The translations under genes were made by a program, and so were the position numbers. Below the pieces are notes generated by a model, which saw only the letters and a program-made list of their open reading frames with translations, was not told the origin of the DNA and made no database searches. From Promethearchaeum syntrophicum (GTDB lineage: Archaea > Asgardarchaeota > Lokiarchaeia > Sigyniarchaeales > Promethearchaeaceae), in NCBI RefSeq assembly GCF_008000775.2, contig NZ_CP042905.2:1710001-1742000 (forward strand): DNA of 32,000 nt, written 5' to 3'. Shown piece after piece: positions 19,350-28,119 of this stretch. The first letter of the stretch is position 1. Each line of letters opens with the position of its first letter.

Positions 19350-19841
19350 ATGTACACACGAAATATTGTTTTTAGATATGCTTTATTTAATTTCGCAGAT
19401 GGGTTTAAATTTCACCCTGAAATGAAGGTATTTAACCAAAGTTACAAACAGACTTTGGGAGCTGATGTGTATAAAACGAAATTTCAAATCGAAAATAACG
19501 AAATCAAGGTTTTAATTTGGGATATAGAACCATTTGAGCGGTTTAAACATTTACGGTCAACTTATTATAAGGATGTTTCAGGAATATTGATCCTTTCATC
19601 ATTATCCCATCGTACTGATATTGATAAAATTAAAAATCTAATCCATGAAATTATTTGGGACCATGGAGTATTACCAATCTTAATTTTTAAAACAAAAAAT
19701 CCCGCTCTATCATCTGATGAATTGAATTACAAAGAATTAGAATTCGATTCAATATCCATTTTTAAAATTGAAGGGGATTCTCAAGAATTTATTGAAAAAC
19801 AAATAAAAAAGTCCGTTGAAAAATTACTCCAAGATCTGTAG
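19350..19841 (+). CDS. Divergent small GTPase-like protein lacking P-loop (pseudo-GTPase)
   Basis: QSYKQTLGADVYKTKFQIENNEIKVLIWDIEPFERFKHLRSTYYKDVSGILIL keeps switch I/II framework; no GxxxxGK[ST], NKxD replaced by FKTKNP. Confidence 0.75.
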   Translation: MYTRNIVFRYALFNFADGFKFHPEMKVFNQSYKQTLGADVYKTKFQIENNEIKVLIWDIEPFERFKHLRSTYYKDVSGILILSSLSHRTDIDKIKNLIHEIIWDHGVLPILIFKTKNPALSSDELNYKELEFDSISIFKIEGDSQEFIEKQIKKSVEKLLQDL

Positions 19842-19848
19842 ATTCCAA

Positions 19849-20424
19849 CTAATTTTCCCTCAGATTGAAAAATTTTTTGATTATTGGGGGGAGACGTTTG
19901 GAAAAATCATAAGTCTTAAAATTAAATTCGGTATTATAAATAATCTTCTTGTATTTATGTAAGGAGAGCATGTGGTCATTTAAATTCTTAGCATAAGGCT
20001 GTTTTTCGGTAATTTTATTTTCCTTTATTCTCCTGAGATCAGGCGTAATCCAAATTCGATAGACAAAAAATTTCTTCAGAATTTCGTTTAATCCCTTATT
20101 GATCCCTGAGGATTCCACAATACCAATCGGCATATTCTTTTCTTTGAGATTTTGATAAAATTGTGTAAAGGCATAATCCAAAGCGGATTGAAATTGGAGA
20201 TAGGAGGCAGGATTATTATGGAGATCTTGCGGAGTAAAATTGTTGGTCTGGTAAATGTCCTTAATATCGAAAATCGGGAGATTGGGAAAATATTTTTGGA
20301 TGAAGGTGGATTTCCCTGCGCCCACTAGCCCGATAACATGAATAATGGGGATCTCCGACTTTTTTCGGGGCGAGGTTGGGATTGGCGGATCCCACGTCTG
20401 AAGGTATTTGGAGTCCATTTGCAT
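19849..20424 (-). CDS. P-loop NTPase, kinase-like
   Basis: VIGLVGAGKSTFIQKYFPNLPIFDIKDIY Walker A; nucleotide/polynucleotide-kinase-like layout. Confidence 0.7.
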   Translation of the reverse strand: MQMDSKYLQTWDPPIPTSPRKKSEIPIIHVIGLVGAGKSTFIQKYFPNLPIFDIKDIYQTNNFTPQDLHNNPASYLQFQSALDYAFTQFYQNLKEKNMPIGIVESSGINKGLNEILKKFFVYRIWITPDLRRIKENKITEKQPYAKNLNDHMLSLHKYKKIIYNTEFNFKTYDFSKRLPPIIKKFFNLREN

Positions 20425-20551
20425 AATTAGATAATGAAAAAAAGAGTATTTAATGCTTGAATCCCTTGTAATTTTTTAGATCGATTTGAATAAAAAAAAA
20501 ACTAAACAAAAAATCACTATACATTTTAAATTTCCTTGATATTCTGAAAAG

Positions 20552-23074
20552 TTAGGTATACTCCAAAAGCGATTTTTGAGACCCGCGAATACTTTCGCTT
20601 TTTCCACTCAACATTTTGCCCGATCGATCCAAGGAAATGCCTGTCTTTTTATGGATTTCAATCGGCGTTGAGTGAAACACCGATTCGGATGATTCATATC
20701 CATTATTAAATAGAATGCGAGCCTGATTTCGGGACACATTCAGATTTTCCATTAAATCCAATAATTCTTCTTTTATCCCGTTTTTAATCCGAACCGACAG
20801 GATACTCAGGATTTTAGCGAATGTGACCTTTTTTCCATTTCGGACTACCTTTTTTTGCATAAATCTGGTGATCGTTTCAAAAGTCGACGCCACCCGCGCC
20901 ATTTCATTCGTCAGCCCAAAGATATCTCCTGCCCCAAACTTGGGAAACACCTCTAAAATATGCTGAAACGTATGTTCGGAAATCCACAATTTAAGAATCT
21001 CTAATTGGGTATCTAAATTGTGTTTGGAGGATTTAAACGAATTAAAAAATAACAAATTTTCTAAAATGAATTCGTCGGTAGAAAACGCATACGATTCCAC
21101 AAGATGTTTAATATTGACCAGATGTTCAGGATAAACATAAAGACTCACGGCTAACGATCCGAAATCTGAAAGTAAATATCGGTCGGCATGGGGAACTTTC
21201 TTAATCAAGCCCTCCCGAAGGAGAAAATCGAACACATACTGATGATTACAGATTAAGGGGATAAGAGATTTGATAACTTTCTGGGCATTGTGTTTTTTCA
21301 TATCTTTTGGGTGATCCTCGGAAAACAGTGCGTTGATAAAAAAAGTGAGATGCGGGCAGAGTTTCTTGTAGAATTTATTATCGTTTTTAATGTCAAATTT
21401 ATATTTCTTTGCTGGATTACATGAGCAAAAAAACCCTTCGGCTAAGTTTATACGGCAATAATACTCCCCAGAATTGCGGAACACCGACCCTTCAATCCTA
21501 TTTGAGTGAACTTTGGAAATTTGGCACGTCACGGGAACCGTGTTTGGAAAGGCACTCCCATAACTCTGCAAAAAAAACCCTAGGTTCATTCGTTGGATAA
21601 AAAAATGTTGAAATAAATCCTCGTAGACAGAGCTTTTCTGTAGACAGAAGGCAAAAAAAGTCCGCTTAAGAAATTTTTCAATCTCAGCCATGGATATTTC
21701 GGGATTTTCAGCGACCAAAAGTAAAATAAATTCCTGAAGAGCATTAGTATCTCCCAATTTAGAAATAAGTTCTGAATATCTTGGTTGGAGAATCTCATTT
21801 TCGAATTTGAAATACTCCCCTAATACAAATTCATATTCCTCTTCGCTTCGAATTAATATGTAACCGATTCCTTCAGTATCCAATCCAAACCTTCCCGCTC
21901 TTCCCAGCATTTGAAAGAGGATATTTGCCGAATGAACTTTCATTATTCCTTTTTCGGTATACGATAAGCGCATTTCGGGATTTTTGTAGTTTTTTTCTGT
22001 GAGATTAATCATTTTTCTGTACTGGAGAATATCACTTACGATTACCACTCTTGCGGGGGTATTAATCCCAGCTGCCAAAGTGGTAGTCGCCACCAAGACT
22101 TTAATAACGCGTTGTCTGTACAGATCCTCGATTAAATGTCTATCTTCGCTACTTAACGCTGCATTATGATAGGCAATCCCGTATCCTATAATGTCAGACA
22201 GCCCTTTAGCTAAGGTTTTTCTTCGGAGGAGGTTTTTTCGCGCGGTCTCACATTTTCTTATTTCTGCGGGATCCAAATATTTATTCACGGTTTTTTTTAA
22301 TTCTTGACTAAAACTGACACAATCTTTCCGCCGATTAACAAACACCAGCACTTGCCCGTTTCCTTCTAACGTTTTAATAATGATCTCTCGAATTTTCGGG
22401 ATTTTCGATTCGTACAGTTCCAGTGTATAACTCAGCGGAACCGGTCGGGAATACGAATGAAGAAGAATAAATTTTTTTCCAAAAGTTTCTAACCATTCGT
22501 GGAACTGCTCATAATTTCCGATGGTGGCACTGAGTGCAATAAACTGCAAAAATTTAATTTTGGTGAGGAGTTTCATCACCACGTTTTCAAGTCTTGGACC
22601 ACGCTGCGAAGCCCCGATCTCATGAATTTCATCGACAATTGCTACCCTCACTCGGGCAAACAATGGATTATTTTGCCTTAGTAACGCATCACATTTTTCA
22701 AAGGTAGTAATCACAAGATCGGCCTCGGCGAGGTCTTGAATCTCCGCATCAGTATCGCCCGTCGTAACACTGACTTTCAAATTATAGGGGTGTAATGTGT
22801 TGGTAAAATATCCCGCTTTTTCATGGGCAAGAGCTTTATACGGGACCAGATAGATCGCCTTTCCGAGATTCTTGAGCAAAATGTTTAGGATGGCCATCAC
22901 TCCAATGAGAGTTTTTCCACTTCCTGAGGGAGTACACACCAAAAAATTCTGATGGAAAAATAATCCTTTCTTTACGGCTTCTATTTGAATGGGGTTAAGG
23001 GCTGTAATATTTTGTTTTTTTAATATTTGTATAATCATGGCATAATCTAAAACTGAATCTACAGAAGTATTCAC
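20552..23074 (-). CDS. Ski2/Hel308-like SF2 helicase with SWIM-like zinc motif
   Basis: TPSGSGKT, DEIH, FVNRRKDC, TTTLAAGINTPA, QMLGRAGR; FFCSCNPAKKYKFD...KLCPHLTFF. GTG start at 23074 with GGAGG upstream, 4-nt GTGA overlap with preceding gene. Confidence 0.9.
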   Translation of the reverse strand: MNTSVDSVLDYAMIIQILKKQNITALNPIQIEAVKKGLFFHQNFLVCTPSGSGKTLIGVMAILNILLKNLGKAIYLVPYKALAHEKAGYFTNTLHPYNLKVSVTTGDTDAEIQDLAEADLVITTFEKCDALLRQNNPLFARVRVAIVDEIHEIGASQRGPRLENVVMKLLTKIKFLQFIALSATIGNYEQFHEWLETFGKKFILLHSYSRPVPLSYTLELYESKIPKIREIIIKTLEGNGQVLVFVNRRKDCVSFSQELKKTVNKYLDPAEIRKCETARKNLLRRKTLAKGLSDIIGYGIAYHNAALSSEDRHLIEDLYRQRVIKVLVATTTLAAGINTPARVVIVSDILQYRKMINLTEKNYKNPEMRLSYTEKGIMKVHSANILFQMLGRAGRFGLDTEGIGYILIRSEEEYEFVLGEYFKFENEILQPRYSELISKLGDTNALQEFILLLVAENPEISMAEIEKFLKRTFFAFCLQKSSVYEDLFQHFFIQRMNLGFFLQSYGSAFPNTVPVTCQISKVHSNRIEGSVFRNSGEYYCRINLAEGFFCSCNPAKKYKFDIKNDNKFYKKLCPHLTFFINALFSEDHPKDMKKHNAQKVIKSLIPLICNHQYVFDFLLREGLIKKVPHADRYLLSDFGSLAVSLYVYPEHLVNIKHLVESYAFSTDEFILENLLFFNSFKSSKHNLDTQLEILKLWISEHTFQHILEVFPKFGAGDIFGLTNEMARVASTFETITRFMQKKVVRNGKKVTFAKILSILSVRIKNGIKEELLDLMENLNVSRNQARILFNNGYESSESVFHSTPIEIHKKTGISLDRSGKMLSGKSESIRGSQKSLLEYT

Positions 23075-23868
23075 AAAGAATCCTCCAGTAAAATCGTTAC
23101 TTTTCCATCTTTCAAAAGATATCGATATGTTTGACGAATGTTTGTTTCGGATACTAAGTGATTTTGTTTTTCTTTGGTAAATGTAAATGAAAGCGTAAGA
23201 AAATTATCATATTGAAAAGATTTGTCCTTAACTCCTTTGGGTGTCTGGTGGAGATATATCCACATTCCCGCAATACTCATCATAAGATCGAAATAATAGG
23301 GAATATTGGTATTATAGCCAGGATGGTAGGTCACGTGATGAGATAAAATCACAAATAAGTGTTTATCAACCACCAAGTCGATCAAAGCAGGTACAATTTT
23401 TTCCGAGATATATTTTAGAGCTTTCATGTTGTCATAATAATCCATTCCATTTCCCAATTCTCTTTTCAGAATGTTTGAAATCGAATCGATTATTACGATA
23501 TCGTTTGATTCCAAAGGATACACATCTTGTTGTAATAGGTTTAATGTTGCGGTGATTTTGGTAAAATTTTGGGAATTATTGACAAATATCCTGTTCTGAT
23601 GGATACTCGAAAATTCATGCATATAATTCCGTATAGAAAATTTTTGCTCCGAATCAATAATAAAATACCTCCGGGAAGATTTCCTAATGTCGTATCGTAT
23701 GAATTCCTTGATGATGGTGGATTTTCCCGAGAGATTCGGACCTGCCAGATGAAGAAATCTATTTTTGGGCGAAAAATATCTGCCGATGAGGGAAAAAAAA
23801 TCACTTGTAATATCTTCCCTATGTTTTTTTGGAATTGTGTTTAGATTTGATGTAGGAGTAAACGACAT
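23071..23868 (-). CDS. RecA/RadB-like ATPase
   Basis: LHLAGPNLSGKSTIIKEFIRYD Walker A, NDIVIIDSISNI Walker B, FVILSHHVTYH; coupled to helicase. Confidence 0.8.
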   Translation of the reverse strand: MSFTPTSNLNTIPKKHREDITSDFFSLIGRYFSPKNRFLHLAGPNLSGKSTIIKEFIRYDIRKSSRRYFIIDSEQKFSIRNYMHEFSSIHQNRIFVNNSQNFTKITATLNLLQQDVYPLESNDIVIIDSISNILKRELGNGMDYYDNMKALKYISEKIVPALIDLVVDKHLFVILSHHVTYHPGYNTNIPYYFDLMMSIAGMWIYLHQTPKGVKDKSFQYDNFLTLSFTFTKEKQNHLVSETNIRQTYRYLLKDGKVTILLEDSL

Positions 23869-23883
23869 TTTTTATCATATGAT

Positions 23884-24300
23884 TTATTCGATTTCTGAGG
23901 CGCGGTATAATAATGGGTGTTCCTCTTTTACTGGCGATGAAGATACAGTGGGGTGAAATTTTCTATGATGTATGATTTCTGGAACTATTACCTCTTCGTT
24001 TTTCGATTCTTTTAGAGGAATAGATAAAAATTCGATTGTGGTTTCTAACAAGGCAGTTTTTTCCAGATTATCCTGTAATATATCATTTGCAACTAGGTGG
24101 GATTCTTTTTTGAGATAATATTGGGTAAAATGTGCTATATTTTCCTCGATTTTCTGGAGAAATTCCACGTAATGCTGTTTGAATGTGTTTACATCTATCT
24201 TTTTGGCTTCGAGATCTTTGATATGCTGTTTCCAGAGATCGAGATCACCATAAATAATTTTCTGGATTTCTTTCCTTAATTTACCATTGACCGAGCTCAT
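23884..24300 (-). CDS. Small coiled-coil-rich hypothetical protein
   Basis: 138-aa ORF immediately upstream of the RecA-like gene, same strand. Confidence 0.65.
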   Translation of the reverse strand: MSSVNGKLRKEIQKIIYGDLDLWKQHIKDLEAKKIDVNTFKQHYVEFLQKIEENIAHFTQYYLKKESHLVANDILQDNLEKTALLETTIEFLSIPLKESKNEEVIVPEIIHHRKFHPTVSSSPVKEEHPLLYRASEIE

Positions 24301-24394
24301 AAGGAATTAGGTGGAGTAAGTATTTAATATCGAATTTTAAAATTTAAGAAACTGACCAAAAAAAAAAATAAAGAAAACCGATTCGATAATTAGG

Positions 24395-24402
24395 TTTTTA
24401 TA
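24395..24402 (+). promoter_or_regulatory. TATA-like box upstream of structured element
   Basis: TTTTTATA centred about 25 nt before 24424. Confidence 0.3.
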
Positions 24403-24416
24403 GATGAACTTCAAAT

Positions 24417-24572
24417 AATATATTTAGGCAATTTACGGGGATTAATTATTTTGTCTTTTTGGATGCTATCTCCTTTGGGGATGGCTTGATTTACTCCCTA
24501 ACATTCATCGTTAGAGGAGCTTTCTTTTACGCATCAGATTGGTGCGTTGTCCCCTAAATTGCCTTCTATATT
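24417..24572 (+). ncRNA. Candidate multibranch structured RNA
   Basis: P1: AATATA(24417-24422)/TATATT(24567-24572), AGGCAATTTA(24426-24435)/TAAATTGCCT(24555-24564), GGGG(24437-24440)/CCCC(24551-24554). P2 24465-24485, P3 24494-24519, P4 24529-24547. Confidence 0.5.
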
Positions 24573-24593
24573 CAAAGCGGACATATTATTTCT

Positions 24594-24613
24594 CAAAATT
24601 AAGGGCAATTTTG
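24594..24613. repeat. Inverted repeat
   Basis: CAAAATT(24594-24600) aagggc AATTTTG(24607-24613). Confidence 0.5.
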
Positions 24614-24633
24614 GGATTTTAACCAATTATGCA

Positions 24634-24661
24634 TTTTTGGCAGAATTAATCTCGCCAAAAA
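24634..24661. promoter_or_regulatory. Inverted repeat upstream of wHTH gene (possible operator)
   Basis: TTTTTGGC(24634-24641) / GCCAAAAA(24654-24661), 12-nt spacer. Confidence 0.4.
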
Positions 24662-24699
24662 AGGATAATTTAATATAATTCAATTTTTCTGAGTATAAC

Positions 24700-25188
24700 A
24701 TGGATAATTCAAAAATTTACCTTGATGAGCTTATGTTGTTGAAAAATATTCTGGATAATAAACAAGGAATCTCAACCCCAAAATTATATTTGGGAAAGAT
24801 CCTAAGAAACAAAAATACCTTGTATAAAAAAATAGAGAAATTGCGAAATTACGGGTTGATTACCTCATTTCGAACCAAAGCCATTCCTCCCATTTCCAAA
24901 CATAAAATTACAGAAACAGGCATTGCCCTTCTTGAAAATTTTACCACGCAATTTTATCCTGAACAGCATGTATTAGAAAAAAAGAAACACAAAAATCCCC
25001 CAAAAACAATCGTCGAATATAAAGAATGTAGGAAACTGGAACCTGATGAATTAGCGGAGCTTTCCCAATCGGTGGTCTATTATTTAGCGGAGGCTCTGGA
25101 AAAAGAAATCGAAGATATATCCAAAAAAAAAGCACTCAAACTCACAAATATTGCCGAGAAAATCATAAAAAAAGTCAGAAATTATTAA
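24700..25188 (+). CDS. Winged-helix DNA-binding protein
   Basis: KILRNKNTLYKKIEKLRNYGLITSFRTKAIPPISKHKITETGIALLENF wHTH pattern. Confidence 0.7.
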   Translation: MDNSKIYLDELMLLKNILDNKQGISTPKLYLGKILRNKNTLYKKIEKLRNYGLITSFRTKAIPPISKHKITETGIALLENFTTQFYPEQHVLEKKKHKNPPKTIVEYKECRKLEPDELAELSQSVVYYLAEALEKEIEDISKKKALKLTNIAEKIIKKVRNY

Positions 25189-25206
25189 AAGAGCCAAAAA
25201 AAAAAA

Positions 25207-26328
25207 TTACAGCGATTCCAACGGATCACTGAGTTCAGCGGATTTACTGACGACCGCTTTCTTTTTGGAGGATTTCTTTTTTTTCGGAGACTTTTTTTTT
25301 GCAGGGGGGGTTGCTTTTTCTTCATCAAAAAGATATTCCACTTTTTCCGAATCCGAAATCCCCGCCTCCGTGATGAAAAAGGATGCAACTTCAGGAGGTA
25401 AATCAGGAGCATCCACAATAATTGCGGATCGTTCCAGACTCGTATTCGCCGAAAATCCTTTGGTCTTGAATTGAATGCGAAAATGACACCCGTGGGCCAC
25501 AATATTCCCTCCAATCGCATCGTTGGCACTATAAGTCCCCTTCATGAATGTAGCCACTTGGTTTGTCAGTAAAACCGCTACATTATGCGTTTCTGCAATT
25601 CGGGAAAGTTCGTGAATCATTTTGTTTAACACTTGTTGACGCGCCGCCAACATCCCAATCCCCACGTATTCCGACCGCATTAACGCCATCAAGGAATCAA
25701 CCACGATAAGACGGGCGTTTTTATCAATACACGCTTGTTCGGCAGCCCGAATCATTTGGAATTGATGATCGGTCGAATAAATCCTGGCATGGTAGATATT
25801 CCCTAGAATTTTTTGGGGATTAAATCCAAATCTTCGGGCGATTCGTTCGATTTTACTCTTGGAGAATGTGTTTTCCGTATCGATGTATAACACTGCTCCA
25901 TCCAATCCGCCCTCATTAATCGGCATTTGGCATGTGACGGCTAATGTATGAGCGAGATTGGTTTTTCCGCTTTTGAAGGCTCCAAACACTTCAGTGAGAC
26001 GACCGGTAGATACGCCCCCATTTAAGATCTCATCGAAATTCTTGCTTCCTGTGGTCAAAAAATCGTAATTCTCTACGATCTCGGACACTTGTTTGAACGA
26101 GGACATTCCCATGACATCCCGAGCATCCCAGATGAGTTTCTTTGAGGCTTTCCCGCTGATCCCCTCGATTTCTTCAAGGTCACCCGGAACACTCATGGAT
26201 AAGGCTTTGATATCGGTGATCCCGTTTTCTTGGAGGAGTTTGATCTGGCGGGGTTTGATGGAAGATAATTCTGCTAATTCCATGGAGGGGTTACTGGATA
26301 GTGATTTATAAAGCCGAAATAAAAACAT
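25207..26328 (-). CDS. radA: RadA recombinase
   Basis: HhH N-terminus (NGITDIKALSMSVPGDLEEIEGISGKASKKLI), GAFKSGKTNLAH, LIVVDSLMALMRSEY, LLTNQV; likely start M16 (26283). Confidence 0.95.
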   Translation of the reverse strand: MFLFRLYKSLSSNPSMELAELSSIKPRQIKLLQENGITDIKALSMSVPGDLEEIEGISGKASKKLIWDARDVMGMSSFKQVSEIVENYDFLTTGSKNFDEILNGGVSTGRLTEVFGAFKSGKTNLAHTLAVTCQMPINEGGLDGAVLYIDTENTFSKSKIERIARRFGFNPQKILGNIYHARIYSTDHQFQMIRAAEQACIDKNARLIVVDSLMALMRSEYVGIGMLAARQQVLNKMIHELSRIAETHNVAVLLTNQVATFMKGTYSANDAIGGNIVAHGCHFRIQFKTKGFSANTSLERSAIIVDAPDLPPEVASFFITEAGISDSEKVEYLFDEEKATPPAKKKSPKKKKSSKKKAVVSKSAELSDPLESL

Positions 26329-26346
26329 TTTTAGAATTCAAAAATT

Positions 26347-26619
26347 TTGAGGGCTCTTTTTTTTTATATGCTTCTACCAAAAGATAATTTCATGGAAAAT
26401 ACCAAAGAATTTTGTGAAAATCTCAAGTTGTATGTGCAATTTTGGGAAAAGAAAAACAATGAAGATATTGTGGGATATTGCAGGAAAAATTTATTGAAAC
26501 CCGTAAAACTGCGAAAAAAAGATATTTATCGATGTATTTCCACAAAATTAAGCCAAGAACGTTCAGTGAGCAATTTTTCCTCAAAGGAATCTTCTATTGA
26601 GAATTATCATATGGTGTAA
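26347..26619 (+). CDS. Small hypothetical protein
   Basis: 90-aa ORF in otherwise unoccupied intergenic DNA, divergent from radA. Confidence 0.4.
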   Translation: MRALFFYMLLPKDNFMENTKEFCENLKLYVQFWEKKNNEDIVGYCRKNLLKPVKLRKKDIYRCISTKLSQERSVSNFSSKESSIENYHMV

Positions 26620-26626
26620 ATTTCGG

Positions 26627-26956
26627 TTAATTTTTGTATACCCCCGAATCAATCGGGACTTCGTGGTTGGGTTTTATGGTATCCAAAAAATCCGCATGTG
26701 TGTTTTGGGGGGAGCCTTGAAATTTTTCCAATGTGTCATTAATTTTACCTAAACCCTCCTCGATTGATTTCTTTACATACAATGCATTCCGTCTTCCGCT
26801 TTGAACGATTAATTTATTATAATAGAAGCGACTCTTGCGATACTTGAAATAGATATAAAAAATAATAACGGCTATCCCAAGGAACGGGTTTTTTTGGAAA
26901 ACCAATGCCAGAAGAACGACGGCTAAAATGGTGGTGATGTGCCCCATAATCTTCAC
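26627..26956 (-). CDS. Small membrane protein
   Basis: Two adjacent hydrophobic stretches (ITTILAVVLLALVF, PFLGIAVIIFYIYF) then charged tail; overlaps preceding ORF end by 4 nt. Confidence 0.7.
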   Translation of the reverse strand: MKIMGHITTILAVVLLALVFQKNPFLGIAVIIFYIYFKYRKSRFYYNKLIVQSGRRNALYVKKSIEEGLGKINDTLEKFQGSPQNTHADFLDTIKPNHEVPIDSGVYKN

Positions 26957-27738
26957 CCCGTCTCCGCAAAAATATCTACCATTTTCTTCCTTAAAAACCA
27001 GTCTTTAACCCAAATGCCTTCTTTTGAAAGACTCTGGTTCTGATCTATACACGAATTGGGAACCCAGATGCTTATGAGGTCGGCGATATGGAAATTAATG
27101 GCTTTGGCGCGTTCTTCATTGATCGCTCCTGGAAGCAGTTTAAATTCTTCATTGGTTCTTAGGGAATTATACCACTGCTCAGGATCAATTTCGATCTTTT
27201 TTTCTTGAGGGGTTTCATCCAATTCTTCTGGATATTCGGGAATAGGGCTGTTTGACAAATCTTGAATTTCATTCTCTCGTGTATTCTTTTGCTGACCCGG
27301 TTGGGATGTACTTTCTTTAGGGGAGCCGATTTTAGAGGGCATCTTTGAACCGGTGGCATGAATGATTTTCTCGTGGTAAATATGATCCAACAAATCGGTA
27401 AACAATTCAGATTCAGGAAATTTGAGCTGTTTGGCATATCCCGAAATGATAAACGAAATTATGTTATTCTTATTTTCAACGGTGATGGAGGTGATCTCTT
27501 CTCCGAATTTATGGACGGTCGACCATTTAGTATTTTGCGTTCGAAAAATCCGTAAAATGGCGATCATTTCCAGGAGATTTAGTTTGATGTTTTTCCCTTG
27601 TCCTAATGATGGTTTTTCCCAACTCCCATCTGGTTTTTTTTTTAGAAATCGCAGATAGAGGCACGGTTGGTCAATTTCGGCAGAATCGAGGAGTAACCCT
27701 GTTTTTTGCCCGAAGAACGAATAGTTATGATGGTTCAT
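26953..27738 (-). CDS. Uncharacterised protein with disordered central linker
   Basis: 261-aa ORF; structured N-terminus, central low-complexity S/P/Q/E-rich region, C-terminal domain. Confidence 0.75.
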   Translation of the reverse strand: MNHHNYSFFGQKTGLLLDSAEIDQPCLYLRFLKKKPDGSWEKPSLGQGKNIKLNLLEMIAILRIFRTQNTKWSTVHKFGEEITSITVENKNNIISFIISGYAKQLKFPESELFTDLLDHIYHEKIIHATGSKMPSKIGSPKESTSQPGQQKNTRENEIQDLSNSPIPEYPEELDETPQEKKIEIDPEQWYNSLRTNEEFKLLPGAINEERAKAINFHIADLISIWVPNSCIDQNQSLSKEGIWVKDWFLRKKMVDIFAETG

Positions 27739-28119
27739 ACCCTTTTTACTTTAGAGGGGTTTATAAAATCAGAATCTATGAAAAAAAATAAAAAAAACAA
27801 AAAAAACAAAAAAAATTTCAAAGGCATCTCGTAATAGTAATTTTTTATATTTCAGATTAAACTCTTTATGACTGCAAATATTTAAAAAATTCAGATTATT
27901 TATAATTGCGAGCAAAAAATAGGTGCAATTTTAGAAAAATACAAGATAACAGTTGAAAATGTGAGTATAGTGGAAATACATTTAGTACCAAGTCATTCAA
28001 GTGGAAAATAGCTAAGGCTAAATCTATAGTGGTTGGATTGAATAAATTTTAACTAAGATTTATTGCACTTTTTAATCTATAAAAAAAAAAGGGAAAAAAA
28101 ATTGAAATTGGGGATTATT

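Noticed and set aside
27739-28119. A-rich repeats (AAAAAAAAC units near 27781-27820) as a repeat array
   Set aside because: Simple homopolymer-like tract without regular spacer/repeat structure.
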